A DNA stretch of 64,000 nt from Euprymna scolopes. Its lineage: Eukaryota. The notes beneath the pieces were generated by a model, which saw only the letters and a list, made by a program, of their open reading frames with translations, was not told the DNA's origin and searched no databases. The stretch lies in the NCBI GenBank assembly GCA_053919585.1, contig CM132783.1; one strand, written 5' to 3'. The position numbers and the translations under genes are program-made. Shown here in pieces: positions 35,565 to 49,444 of the stretch (its first letter is position 1; each line of letters opens with the position of its first letter).

Positions 35565-35567
<3 letters not shown>
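35260..35567 (+). mobile_element. Putative PLE 3' end/pLTR with minimal hammerhead (35461-35499)
   Basis: UAU-CUGAAGA-GAGC gaaacaaa GCUU-GAAA-CGCG-UU-AUA; upstream KAPSLN resembles a GIY-YIG C-terminal PxLN end; abuts (TA)n. Confidence 0.5.
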
Positions 35568-35635
<68 letters not shown>

Positions 35636-36122
35636 GTGTGTGTGTGCGTGTGTATGTCGCGACTCAAGCGGTCTGTTTATTATTCTAAAGCAAGGCGTAT
35701 TATTTTAAGTGATAGAACTTTTTATAATTTGTAATTTCCATCGTTTATTTCGGTTAGAGCCACACGTTAGTTAGAATATACACGAAAATGCATCTTGTTT
35801 ATCCGTAAATAATAAAGAAATACTAAAGCAAAAATAAAAAGAGACAGTATTTATTGCGCATAGTATAAGGCTTTAAGACACGATAAAAAATGCGAGTTGT
35901 TCTTTAGAAATGAGCCAGAAAGCTGTTGTCAAAATGAAAAGCGTCATATGCAACATTTGATGCATTATTTAGTAGATGGAAGAAGTCTATCAGAAAGTTT
36001 TTTTTTTCATAAATTGCTAGAATTGTACATAAAAGTTAATTTTTATGACATTATTATATATAGATATCAGAGAGTTCTTATTTTTAATTTAATGCAGGGC
36101 GAATTCTTACTTTTTCACAAGG

Positions 36123-36830
36123 TAGTCACCACTTACCAAGGCCAGGAAGCCACTCGGGAATAAGGGTTATTGCGTGTACAGAACGTTAGTATTGGAGATT
36201 AGATAGAGTATCTTACGTAAGGGGGCGGGTCATAACGAATTTGTTTATGCTGGACTTCAAGACATCCAGGTTGTAGTTAGGTGGGAAATAGGCAAACGGA
36301 ACAGAGTTCCACAGGCGTGCACTTCTAAGAAAGAAGCTTTGTTCACGGAATCTACGTTTTGTTTTTTTTTACACAGATAAAGAGTGGGGAAAATTTTTAG
36401 CAGTGGTTTCAGCTAGACGGGTTTTTATCATGAAAGGTTGGCGAGGGGGGACCAGAGATTGGAACAGACGAGCACTTGCCATGGAAGTAACGATAAAACA
36501 AAGATAGGCTCGCAACGTCTCTCCTGTGGGAAAGAGGTTGCATGGAAGAGAGAAGGGCATCCCCCACTAAGCCACGAAGCCTATTTTGTACTCTGTCAAG
36601 GCAGGATATTCTGTTTTTAGCAGCTTCTGCTCAGATGGGGCAGCAGTACTCCATCCTTGGACTACTTGGCTTTTATATAGACAGAGAATTGCATCAGCAG
36701 TGAGATATCTTCTGGAGTGATAGAAGGATCCTACCATTTTCCCAGCGACCTTGGCAACTGACTTGATATACGTGTTAACACAATAACTTTCTGGAGAATA
36801 ACAGATTTTATTGATACTAAATGGATTTGT
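36123..36830 (-). mobile_element. LINE 3' fragment, same family as 6002-7270
   Basis: YIKSVAKVAGKMVGSFYHSRRYLT, RFREQSFFLRSARLWNS, shared 3' UTR. Confidence 0.85.
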
Positions 36831-36937
36831 CGCAAAGATCACTACTTTAATTACACGAATAATTTATTTTAAATAAATATTTCATTTATAACTTTGGTGT
36901 AAACGCAAAACAAAATCTTTTTCATTTATTCATATAA

Positions 36938-37736
36938 TCTGTACAACTATACAACTAAAATTACCTTGTAACGGGTGTTGTAACCTAACATTCGGTTTAC
37001 GACTAACAGTTGCGCATGCGTACATAAACATAAACCCATAACAGCGTAAACAAATAAACACAAATCGCTAGACCGGTTTCGTTCGAACAAACGGACGTCC
37101 TTAGAAAAGTGAATATCTTAAATTAATTAAATAAAAAACTTCAAGATATGGGAAGCGAAAAATAAATATACTTTAACCCGTTAACAACAACAAGAGTATT
37201 TTCAACGGCGATTTACCCACCGCCTTTTCTATTTTTTTAATTTAGCCTCCATTTTTTAATAACCTTTCTTAAAAACATTCATACATTTTCTTCTATACTA
37301 CCAATATAAATAAATAACCCCGAAAATATGTTGTTTTTTTTTAATTGCGTTAAAAATAAATAATCAACGCGGCAATAAAACGTAGTGTTTTACTGTGTAG
37401 GTTTTCGGCGTCCCAATTGTTTTTTTCGCGTTTAGATTAAAAGATATATCAAAATTTGAATTTAAGTTTAAGTATTATGGTATCTGTTCAGTGCACATGT
37501 ACATATAAGTATGGCAAACCACTTATAAGTCAATGACTGCAAGTATTTTTTTCAAGAATAAACAATTATAAACCGAACGACTCATATATATATATTTTAA
37601 AATTTTAATTTACTTTCATAGAAATATTTCTGTTATGTCACAAAAAACTATTTTCCTTACATCACAGGTGTCATGCTCACACATAAATTCCATAGCTAAT
37701 ATAACATACTGACCTAACGGGTCACGGGTAGTCTAG
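36938..37736 (+). mobile_element. Non-autonomous Helitron family C
   Basis: A|TC start, subterminal hairpin TGACCTAACGGGTCA, CTAG|T end, no TSD; homologue at 23127-23756. Confidence 0.85.
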
Positions 37737-37907
37737 TATCAACGTAACAATTTTGTTAAGTTCAATACACTTTATCTATCTTTTAAATGTGACCATAAAG
37801 AAATGAAATGAAAATAAATTTGTCTTTCAGTTGCAATTTGAAAATAGATCTCAACTTCTTGTAAATCTAAATATATTTCATTAAAGAAAGGAACATTCGA
37901 ACACAAA

Positions 37908-38805
37908 TCTATATATCTATAAAAGTGTAAGTGACTGTCTGTGTGTGTCTGTGTGTTTGTGTACATTTCCCTACGCAACAACTCTGTCAATTTTCAGTCT
38001 ACAGACTCAGAATTTGATATATAGGGTTCTGAGATTTGGGAAAATCTTTGTAACCCGTTTTCGGCCAGAAATTTAGCTGTTAAGGGATACAAATTCAACG
38101 ATTTGACCTTTGAGAATTCTACAAACACCTTCGCCAATTTGGGTTTAAACAATTGTAATTTTAGATATAGGTTCCTTGGACATGGATCTAACTTAACTTG
38201 ATTTGAGCCCAAAACCATAAATATTAAGGAGTCATAATAGGGACCAAAGTTTAAAAAAATTGACCTCTGCGGTCTCTACCAAAATACTCAGAAATTTCTG
38301 GTCTAAACATCTGTAAATTTTACATAAAACGTATTCAGGGATAGGGCAAGTTTTTTAATCGGTTTGGGTAGAAAATTTGAGCTACCAATATATAAATGTA
38401 TGTATGTTTGCATGTCTGCCTAAACTTTCGACAGAGGCGATGAATTTTCACACAAACAGTACCATCTTAAAGCTCGACCTTTCAGATGACAAATACCGAA
38501 AAATTGGCTAAAAACATTAATTTCTTTACCCTAAACTGGGCACTTTTCTACAAGGAATGGTCGCTGTTTTCACCGATATTTTCGAAAGTCATCCCCTCTT
38601 TTCGATTGTCTAGGCTTAATTTAAACCTACGTCACTTCCGATGTGGTGGTGGTCGTAACAACAAAGACGTCAGCTTTTTTTCCGTTCTTTTCCCCCTTCG
38701 CATACGGGTTCGACCCTTCCTTCCTATTACCACTTTTTTTTTTTTTTTTTTTTTTGCTCAACACACACCTCTAAACACCCTGGCAACGCCGGGCACCGTT
38801 GCTAG
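37908..38805 (+). mobile_element. Non-autonomous Helitron family A, long form
   Basis: A|TCTATATATCTATAAAAGTG...CCCTGGCAACGCCGGG hairpin...CTAG|T. Confidence 0.9.
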
Positions 38806-39092
38806 TTTTTACCCGGACAAATCGGTGCAAAATGTAAAAATTAAAAAAAATGAAATTTGCCAGATGAAGGGCGAACGCCGGCATGACGAATGCACAACGT
38901 AGTAGCTATTGGTTATCTTTTAATTTTTAGCCTTGCAGTAAACATGTTTTCATAGCCCAGTCATTGACGGAAGATGCGAAAATCGTGAGCTGAACGTTTT
39001 GGTTTCGATTCTTGGTGGTGGCGCATGAGTATTTTTTATACTTTTTAAATCATTACTATATATTGCAACCAATCTATCTATCTATCTATCTA

Positions 39093-39261
39093 TCTATCTA
39101 TAAAAGTGTAAATGTCCGCCTATCTTTTCTCTATGGTACTTAAGGAAGACTGTTATACAGAAAGGTATTACTTTACATATTCCAACATTTTAATATACAC
39201 ATATGCGCATAACCTTATAAACAGTACATAGGGCCCGCGCAAAGCCGGGCGGAACTGCTAG
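39093..39261 (+). mobile_element. Miniature Helitron-like element (about 170 bp)
   Basis: TCTATCTATAAAAGTGT start in (ATCT)n; GCCCGCGCAAAGCCGGGC hairpin; CTAG|T. Confidence 0.7.
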
Positions 39262-39936
39262 TGTTAAATATTTTTCAAGAAAATAAAGCAATGCTAAAAA
39301 ACAGATGTATTTATTATGTAAAAAGCAAACCAATCATTGACTTATCAAAACAATAGCAAATAACAGGTAATTTCTAAAGTACCCATTCTAAAAACAAATA
39401 TGCAAATTAGTTAGTCTAGCGACTTATATCACATGTACAAAAGTAGCATATACAATATTGGTGTGTCGATCGTGTAAAATGGAACTCTTACTCGAAATAT
39501 ATCGCGTGATTAACCCGATAGTGTGAAAAGCGGCCCAAATTCACATTTATTCGTTTATTCTATTTATTACGTATACATCATATAATAAATTTGACACTAC
39601 GTAGAAATGTTCTCTGAAGTCTTTCAGGGGGTATTTTCATTTGATGATATTCATTAAAGCGAAAATTTCACGTTTACAACTTCTTTTCAGCCTTCTTAAG
39701 TACCTTTCTGTTTTATTGTGTTATAGAACACTTGCGTCGGTTTTTCGTGATATTTGATAGCCTCTGATTAGCACTCAAATAGACAAAATATAATATTTTC
39801 CATTATGGGTTGGGAAACGCTCAATATGCAGCAAAGAAAACGAAAAATATGGGAATTCGTCAAAACAATAAAATAAATATACAAGAACCATGATTATAGA
39901 CTAATTACCTCCTTTAGTCAGTGAAATCCAATTACC

Positions 39937-39987
<51 letters not shown>

Positions 39988-41249
39988 TCGTAATCCTGTC
40001 TCTTTGTTTATTTGTTCACAATTTGATTAATGTATACAAAACGTGTCTTATTTTAATCTTTCATTTATTTTTAAATATAGTATGAACTTGCAAAAATATA
40101 CAATTAAGAGATCACCTTATTTGCATATGACATTAAGAAAAATCGATTTTACTAAATAACGGTATCTTAGTTAATGTTTTTAGTGTGAGAATTATTTTAA
40201 GTATTCTATTTACAATGTTTATTCAATAAATTTTAAACAACAATCATATTGATAATATATATAATTTTATTTATTTTAGAATTAATATTTCCAACAGCGA
40301 TCTTCTTTTAGTCATTTTATAGAGTTATTTGCCCCTGGAATCTATGCATAAAAACAAACAAACCTTCACCAAATATCATTTGGTAATTTCATTAAGGTTC
40401 TAGCTAGAAAAATAATTCCGTGTAGATAGAAAAATGTTTACCTTTTATTGTTTTTTTTTAAATATAAAAAACACTTACGAAAAAAACTGAAAAGATTTCA
40501 TTTGTTTGTTTTATTTTATTCCTTAAACGATAATACAGAAATCGCTAAATTTTTACCATGTAATCCAGAGTCGTTTAATGCCTAAAAAAATGAAGATCTA
40601 CTACCCCCCTCTAAATTCCACAATTTACACTTTTTTCTCTTTTTTCGCGTTAATTTCATCGATCGTAAACTTAATTTTCTAATTAAAAAGGTACCTTTGT
40701 CCGACGTGGCCCAGCAGCGTTTAACCCCTAAAAAATGGAGATCTACTTTTTTTCAGCGTAATACATTTAAACGGCCTTTATAAATATTATGAGAGAAAAA
40801 ATGTTGAAAAAAAATAACATGCTATATTCAATATTTTCTACATATATTTAAGGTAAAATGAGCACCACTTTTTGGCAACCAAGCGTTCAACGAGACATGC
40901 CACCTCTAGTATTTTTTTCAAGTTTGGCGATTGAGGGGGGGGTCAAAATCTGACAAATACAATTTTTTTTTCTTTTTGTTGGGGATGGCGTAAATTACAT
41001 TGGAAACACAAAATAACGATACATTTAATTATTTTTTATGAGACCATTCTCTACGTCCACCTAACAATTCAATAAACAAAACAAACCCCAAAATATGACA
41101 AATTCAATTTTGGGAAGGGGGTCACATTAGAAACATAAAACGACAAATAAAAAGAAAAATCGAAAAGTACCCCCTCCTAAAAAGAGGAAATCGAAAATTT
41201 CCTTTATTTAGAAAAAAATAAGCCAGTAAAAAAGTGTCCTTACAAAAAA

Positions 41250-41755
41250 TAAAGGTAAATGTGTAGTTTAGTGGCGTAAATTATTTGACAGAAATAATAA
41301 TTATAAAAACTATTAATTTTTGTATAAAACATTATTAGACCCAAAGGCAGAAATAAAACAAAAAAATTCATTTTTATGTTTTTGATAATTTTTTATTAGA
41401 TTAAATGTGCACGCCTTACACGTTTAAAATTTGGCCTTTTTTATGTTTGACAGTTTGGCTTTTTGAAGACCAAATTTGGCCTTTTTTACGGTCTTTCATT
41501 ACAAAAAGAAAATATGGCGGCCAAAAACATAGTTCATGAAAGAGCTTAAAAAGGCCAATCTGCCAAACCTTTAAAAGGCCAAATTTTAAACGTAATATTA
41601 GCGGCCTCGAATAATAAATATAAATGAAAAAAAAATGAATATTTTCTGGTTTTATTTCAGCCTTTGGGTCTAACAATGTGTTTTATATAAAAATAAATAG
41701 TTTATATATTTTTTTGTCTGGCAAATCATATACGCCGATAAACTAAACATTTAAC
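41250..41755. mobile_element. Nested fold-back/MITE-like structure
   Basis: Outer imperfect inverted arms (about 41250-41375 and 41625-41755) enclose an inner inverted element with repeated TTTGGCCTTTT / AAAAGGCCAAA motifs. Confidence 0.65.
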
Positions 41756-42630
41756 AAAATAAAAAAAAGAAACGAACGCATTAATGTTTATAAATGCTAT
41801 TTTTTAGGTTCACAAAATCGTGAGTTTTCTTAGGACAGAGCTCTCTTCTGCCGAAATATCTGTTGGAGAGGGTATCAGATACTTCTTTTTGAGGGTGATT
41901 ACATTTACATGTTTTTATCCGTTCTTTTATTTTTGAAATTGTTGTGCGGGTATCCGCGTTACCCATGATGAAAATGATTAGTATAGCAGGCGTGTTTCAA
42001 ACGGACTTCATGTCAACCCAGGAAACGCCGAGTNNNNNNNNNNNNNNNNNNNNNNNNNNNNNNNNNNNNNNNNNNNNNNNNNNNNNNNNNNNNNNNNNNN
42101 NNNNNNNNNNNNNNNNNNNNNNNNNNNNNNNNNNNNNNNNNNNNNNNNNNNNNNNNNNNNNNNNNNNNNNNNNNNNNNNNNNNNNNNNNNNNNNNNNNNN
42201 NNNNNNNNNNNNNNNNNNNNNNNNNNNNNNNNNNNNNNNNNNNNNNNNNNNGACAGACAGAGAAAATAGGGAGGGAGTAGGAGAGAGAGCTTGTGTTATG
42301 TGTGTTGTTATTATAATTAAAACTTTTAAATTCAATGTCACTTCTCATATGGATGCACTTGATGTCTCACTAGTCTTTTTTTTTCAATTATTATTTGTCA
42401 CGCGGCGACACAAGATGAGGGATATTGCACTGTTTAATTTTTACGCAGATCAAAGCAGGCACGGTTTACAATTTTGAATCGAGACGAACAAAAAAATCAA
42501 TATTGATCAAAATGAGATGAATAGCAATGTCAATGAATAATTAAAAATTAGGTTGAAAAGCGTCGCTAAACGGAGAGAAGAGCTAGAAATCAAACAAACA
42601 TTGAATAAACATTACGCACGCACACACACG

Positions 42631-42695
<65 letters not shown>

Positions 42696-43539
42696 TTCTA
42701 TCTTCAGTTAGACCGTATGTTACGCTTTTAAAACGGCCAAATACAATGTTTGAAGCCAAATCTGGCAATCCTCGACAAGAATATGAGAACGAACTTCTTT
42801 TGATGTAGACTCATTTTTTATATCATTATAATAATATATGATCCTTATTTTCTGTTGTGTAAAATAAACTCGCAGTAAGTTGGACGCGCAGCAGTTCTTC
42901 ATCGAAAAAGAAAGAAAAACGTTACGTAAAAAAGAACATTAGAAAACAAAACAGGACAAAAGAGAGAACAGTGTCTGTCAAGAGGTGCTGGACTGGAGGA
43001 ATAAATTAAAGATTTTCTCTTATACTTTAATTTTATTGTTTTTATTGAACTATGTAGCATAATATTATGTTCTGAGTATTTATTCGTACTTATTAATTTA
43101 TCTCATTTTGTGGCAGTTCTGTATTTAAAATAGGATAGACACTATTTTCATCGAAATATAATACAGTTATATTTGCTTTGCTTTATTGATTATTCTGCCA
43201 CCCAAACCCCTAATTTTTGCCCTATCAAGAAAAATATTAGCTTTATCGAAAACTATTTGTTGATTAAGTATTTCTCCTTCCGTGGAATTCCACGGATCTT
43301 TCTAATATATATTTCTGTATATAACAGAGAATCTATAAACACTAAAATTCTGGTAACTTATGGCTCAAGTCCTATGGCCGTATTGTGTAATTCGCTAACT
43401 GTTAAACAAAAGATGAAAGTTGCCAGTCGATGATTACATATAACCCTTTTGGTTACTATCTTAAGTGAAACCCCCAACTATAATTACGGATAATATATAA
43501 CGATTCGGAAAACTGCACGGAGAACTATCAATAATTTAT

Positions 43540-43710
43540 AGTGTTTATAGATACCGATATTTGCTCGACTAATGGCTCGTGCCTGACGATTGCACGGTTA
43601 AAATCACAAACATCTAAGAAGAACGGCCGAGTTTTAATCCTGGCTTTCAAAGTTTTTGTCTGTCTGGCCATACTGAAAAGCTGTGACACAGCGAAACAGT
43701 TTGTGGATGA
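43540..43710 (+). mobile_element. HH family 2-related decayed copy
   Basis: TCACAAACATC, TCCTGGCTT, CTGTCTGGCC, then CTGAAAA-GCTGTGACACAGC-GAAAC-AGT..TGTGGATGA. Confidence 0.7.
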
Positions 43711-44094
43711 CAATATATACAATGACATTAAACAATAACTAATTCTGAATAATGTTCTTGTATTATGGTTATAAAGCTGTATATATGACATGAGTGAGTC
43801 TGTCTCTACCTCTGTATTGGCTGGATTTCAGACGAACCATACGAATATCGTTAGGGCTAGCAATCAAACTTTGACCTTGGTAGTTGTTTTGGTATATTTA
43901 AATGGGCTACTAATATCACTAATATAATGGTCCATGCGATGACCTCTCTGAACAGAACAAAAATAAAAGATATTGATCTATATAACACTGTGATTGTGGT
44001 CTTTATCTGAAAATAAATCGATCTTCTTATTAAATCTGTTGTCTTGAATTTCCTAGGTTTTGGAATTATATATAATTTCAGAAATTTATTTTAT

Positions 44095-44330
44095 GACACA
44101 TGCAATCATCCAAGGTAGAAGACATGACTTGGTAATGGTCTAAACAAAGGACGACGAAAGGCCAAATAGTAGATTTCATCGTCTCCGAAGATTTTACGAT
44201 ATCAGAACAGTTAAATAAATGGATGCAATTGCCATGAAGCTGAAGGGACTGCTGAACATGAGAATTATCGTAATAACAGTAATTATAGTTGCTCAATGAA
44301 GATTCTCGAAATACATTGAGAAAAAGACTA
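44095..44330 (+). mobile_element. Decayed R4/Dong-type RLE endonuclease remnant
   Basis: IIQGRRHDLVMV*...QIVDFIVSED resembles the IQARRPDL...IVDFAVP motif. Confidence 0.45.
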
Positions 44331-44539
44331 GAAAAATTCGAACACGAAGGAAGGTTTGGTTTCCATCGCAAACTAGATAATGATGAGAAGCATTGAATTT
44401 CTAGGAAAGAAGAAAAAGACGAATACAAATGAAGAGAACAGAAAGAAAACAAAAAGAAAAAAATGTATAATTGAAAAAAAAGAAGTATATAACAAACTAA
44501 ACAAATAGGCAGAAAGAGAGAACGAAAAAAAGGTAAGAA

Positions 44540-45020
44540 TTAATTCAATCAATGAAAGACAGAAAAGAGAAACACGATTGAAGGAAAGGAAAGGGGCAGT
44601 GAGAGAGAGAGAGAGAGAGAAATAGATAGATAGATAGAGAGAGAAATAGAGAAAGAGAGAGAGAATGCTTGGGAGAGAGCGATAAAAGGTGGTTTAAAGA
44701 AAAAGATTGATAAAGAATAGAAAAGGATAAAGATGAAGATGAAAAGAGAAGGGACGGAAGAACAGAGAGAGAGAGAAACAGAGAGAGAGAGAGAGCTTGA
44801 AAGAGAGAGAGAGGGTGAAAATTGAGAGGAAGGAAGAGGGGGAAGGGAAAGCAAGAGGAATAGAGAGGGGGATGAAAAGTGAGAGATACAAAGGGAGAGG
44901 ATAAAACGAGAAGAAGTGAGAGCGACGGGAAGAGAGGCGGGAGGGAGAAAAGGAAAAGTGAAAGCGAGGAAAGAAAGACTAAGAAGGGACAAAAGGGGAA
45001 AAGGAGACGGACGGACGGAC

Positions 45021-45090
<70 letters not shown>
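44540..45090. repeat. Polypurine / (GA)n low-complexity tract
   Basis: Almost entirely A/G on the + strand; a similar tract lies at 56015-56360. Confidence 0.9.
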
Positions 45091-45093
<3 letters not shown>

Positions 45094-45790
45094 ACAAAAA
45101 GTGAGAGAAAATGTAACCGGAAAGAGAGACGAGAAAATAAAGAGTAAGAAAATGGAAAGTAAAAAAAAAAAAAGCTATGATTCAAGTTTCAAACCGCTGC
45201 TCAATTCTCGTATTCGCATTCATCTCTCAGCTCGTCTCGCTAAATCTACCTGAAACTCTTGGTAAATTATTCTAACACTTTACCAGCATGACTACAAAGG
45301 CAGACAAAAAAATGTCGATTATCATCTCCATTACCTCGAATATCATTATTCATAGCAATACATACAATCCTGTCACTGATAAAGTATATATAAATGAAAG
45401 AGAGGAGGAGGGTGGCCTTTCACTTATTACAAAAGGAAAGTCTCACCGTCGGTGTCAGATATACAGAGCTGAGTGTTTTATTTTTCACAAAGCCAAGAAA
45501 AAAACTCAACTAACGATGCCGACGTTGTCAACCCCATGTCCACATTGTTATTGAACGACTATTGTCACATTACAACAAGGTCGCTTCAGATTTCCAGAGT
45601 GTCGTCTATCATGGGAGATTTCGTCCGTCTATTGCGCTTAAAAATTATCTACCCCAAACAAGACCTAGAGGTGAATCATAGGAGCATCCTAAGTGGAGAC
45701 TTGTATAGCGAGATGCTAGATGTGTAGATTGAATAGAGGCATATAATTTTATATGCGTACATGCATTCCTCACTGTATGATAGAGAGCAA

Positions 45791-46667
45791 TCTATATATC
45801 TATAAAAGTGAAAGCGTCTGTTTGTCTGTCTGTCTGTGTACATTTCCCTACACAATAACTCTGGCAATTTTCAGTCTACAGACTCGAAATTTGATATACA
45901 GGGTAGTGAGACTAAGGAACATCTTTGTAATCAGTTTTTGCCAAAAATGTGGCTGTTAAGGGGTCAAAGTTCAACGATTTTACATCTGAGAACTCTACAA
46001 AACTCCTCCGCCAATTTTGGGTCCAAACAATTGAAATTTTAGATATAGTTTCCTTGCACATGGATCTAACTGAATAACTTAATTAGAGCCCCAAACAGTA
46101 AATGTTAAGCGGCCATAATAGGGGTCAAAGTGTTAAAAAAGTTTGACCTCTGCGGTCTCTATCAAATTACTCAGACAATTTCTGGTCTAAACATTTGAAA
46201 TTTTACATAAAGGGCATTGAGAAATAGAGCAAGCTTTTAAATCGGTTCAGGTCGAATATTTGAGCAACAAATACATAGATCTATGTATGTATGTTTGCAC
46301 GTCTGCCTAAAAATTTCGACAGAGGCGATGGATTTTCACAAGATCGGTATCATTTTGAAGCCCGGTCCTTCAAACGACGAATACCGAAAAATTGGCTAAA
46401 ACATTCATTTCTTCACCCTCAACTAGGCACTTTTCTATAGGTATTGGTTTCTTTTATTCGCCAATATTTTCGAAAGTCATCCCATCTTTTCGACTGTCTT
46501 GGCTTAATTTAAACCTACGTCACTTCTGGTTTGGCGGTGGTCGTAACAGCAAAGACGTCACTTTTTACACGTTCTTTTCCTCCTTCGCGTACGTGTCCGA
46601 GCCTGCCTTCCGTCTACCACTTTTTTTTTTTTTGGGCTCAACACACACCTCCAAATACCCGGACAAC
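45791..46667 (+). mobile_element. Helitron family A, long form (3' end in gap)
   Basis: A|TCTATATATCTATAAAAGTG start; colinear with 37908-38805; runs into N at the hairpin CCCGGACAAC. Confidence 0.88.
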
Positions 46668-47250
46668 NNNNNNNNNNNNNNNNNNNNNNNNNNNNNNNNN
46701 NNNNNNNNNNNNNNNNNNNNNNNNNNNNNNNNNNNNNNNNNNNNNNNNNNNNNNNNNNNNNNNNNNNNNNNNNNNNNNNNNNNNNNNNNNNNNNNNNNNN
46801 NNNNNNNNNNNNNNNNNNNNTTCCAAAGTTGATGATGTTGACCATTTGAGAAGCTGTAAATACCTTATGATATATTTACATTCTACCATTTTGAATTTAG
46901 AAAAAAAGTTTTTTCTAAATTCAAAATGGCATAATGTAAACATATCATAAGCTATTTACAGATTCTCTTCTAATTTTTCAAATCTACTTATTCTTAACAT
47001 AAGGATTCTGTTTTTCGAAGGATTCGCGCATACTCAGTCCTGAAACAGTTGACAAACAGATAAAATTCCGATGACAGAAATGTACCAGTTTTTACTAAAT
47101 AGCGGCCTTTTTTCCAGAGGAAAACTGATTAAAACGTTTTCCACAACTCTGAATACTCTATATACCAATTTTAAGTCTGACGATCAAAAACGTAATTGAG
47201 TATATAGGTTAAGAGTTGTCCTTACACTCATTATCAGTTTTATAGATATA

Positions 47251-47715
47251 CTAGCATGGGTGCCCGGCGTTGCCCGGGTATTTAGAGATGTGCCCGGCGT
47301 TGTCCGGGTATTTGGAGATGTACGTTGAGCAAAAAAAAAAAAAAAAAAGAAAAAAGTGGTCAATTTTTTTAACTTCGACCCCCTATTATGACCACTTAAC
47401 GTTTATTGTTTGGGGCTCAAATAAAGTTATTAAGTTAGATCCATGTCAAATGAACCTATATGTAAAATTTCAAGTGTTTAGACCGAAAATTATCGGAGGA
47501 GTTTGGCAGAATTCTCAAAGGAAAAATCGTTGAACTTTCACCCCTTAATCGCCAAATTTCTGGCCGAAAACCGATCACATCGATTTTCTCAAATCTCAGT
47601 ACCCTGTATATCAAATTTCGAGTCTGTAGACCAAAAATTGACAGTTATTGCGTAGGGAAATGTACACACACAGACACATACAGACAGACACTTTCACTTT
47701 TATAGATATAATAGA
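47251..47715 (-). mobile_element. Helitron family A, short form with duplicated 3' hairpin
   Basis: CTAG at 47251-47254; 30-bp tandem duplication of the hairpin block; TCT start on the minus strand. Confidence 0.88.
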
Positions 47716-47986
47716 TAGATTTTATTTATGTATTTTCATTTTTAAGTCCATGTCTTGATATCTAAAAAGAAACACAAAAAGTAATAAAAAAGAAGTGTTG
47801 TAATTATGAATTAAAAAAAGAAAAGAAAAGAAAATTACTATTTTAGTTGTTCGTTATTAATTTAAAAATTATTTCTTTATATTTCGTTATTTATTTCGTT
47901 TTAGTATACCCCCTGGTTCGGTGGTTTCGTTCTTAAATACAATATAATTTTAAAAACAACGTTGAGGCAATCTTTCTTTTTTTTTT

Positions 47987-48760
47987 TGGTCCCCCCGACA
48001 AAAGGAGAGTAGACCTGTAAATTAACCCTGTTTCGTTTGTCCAGTTGTCCGTTCGTCCATTTGTCCGTTCATCCATTTGTCCGTTCGTCTGACCGCACTT
48101 TTCTCAATAACTGCGCCTTGGAATTTTTTGAAATTTTGCACAAACATTAAACATGATATGCGTAAAAGAAAGACTAAATAGACTTTCCGAGAAAATTCCG
48201 ATTCCCCCCCCCCGCCCCGAGGGTTGACTTTCCGATTAAAATGGCTAAAATTGACACTTTTGTGCTTATAAAAAAAACAATTTATGCCTTGGATTTTTAT
48301 AAAACTTTCGGAAAAGTTGTAACAAATTGATTTCTATATAATTTTGTGTGTCTATACTTCGTGAGAACTCTTAAGTGTGTCCAAGGGTCTGTTTTAGGGC
48401 TAGTAAAAACATTCCATTTTTGGGACTGTTTTACCATATTTTTCCAAAATTTTCTGTGTATGTCTATTTAGCAGTTTTCCATGGTGCTGAACGCAAATTA
48501 AAATATGTTAAGCCCTTGGGGACTTGGGGCTTAATAAGATGGGGGAAAATGATGGACTTTGTTATTTCTTTTTTTGTTACATGCAGAACTCAAATTTACA
48601 TATGTTTAGTCCTAAAACTGCACCATTTGTTCATTTTCACCAGTATTTGATGTCCCCTGGGTAGTTTAGGGCTAAATGGGGAGGGGCAAATACTGAAGTT
48701 AGTCTCTTTTTCAAGCCTCATTCACTGTGCATTCACGGGGGACCATGCATGCTTCACTTG
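47987..48760 (+). mobile_element. Helentron-associated interspersed element (HINE/DINE-1-like)
   Basis: Subterminal inverted repeats TGGTCCCCC / GGGGGACCA, internal (GTCC)-type microsatellite, T-runs on both flanks. Confidence 0.6.
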
Positions 48761-49444
48761 TTTTGTTTTTATTTGTTTTTTTGCGAAAAGAGTAAAATAC
48801 TACTCCTCGTTATCAAAGAAAAATTTAAGAATCAGGTTATTTAATTATTTAATGTGTAAATAAAATGTGCTTTAATTGTAAAAAAAGCAAATAACTCTTT
48901 TACTGTCTGCCTGTCCTTACTCATGCCGCCAAAATAGCTTTATAGATTTAAAACGTATGAAATAATTAAGTAATCATTGTCTACCTTTTAGTGAAGAGTC
49001 GTTGTTTGTCTAAAAATAAGCTTAAGAAATAATGGAATCGTTATTAAAAACTAATATCCCAGCATGTGTTGTTTGTATTTATAACTCTATCTCCTTTAAT
49101 TCGTGGAAGTTGGGTTAACCGTTCGAAATTACTTTATTTACATATTCTCTTAATCTGATGAACGTATGTGAACCGATAATGAATTTTTTCAGAAGTTGTG
49201 AAGATCGCACTCGGTTTATTTATATTTCGTTTGCAATCAAACTCTGTCTAATTCTTCTTTTCTTAAATTTATTTTTATTTTATTTTTTATAAATGACCAC
49301 TCAATGTTGAATTTCGTAATATTTTAAATGTACATTGAGAAACGTATACTCATCATCTGTAGACGGTGAGTATACGTTTCTCAATTTGCGTATGTATAAG
49401 TTAGGACTCATGTCAGAACATGGATACAAATATTTCCACTCAAA

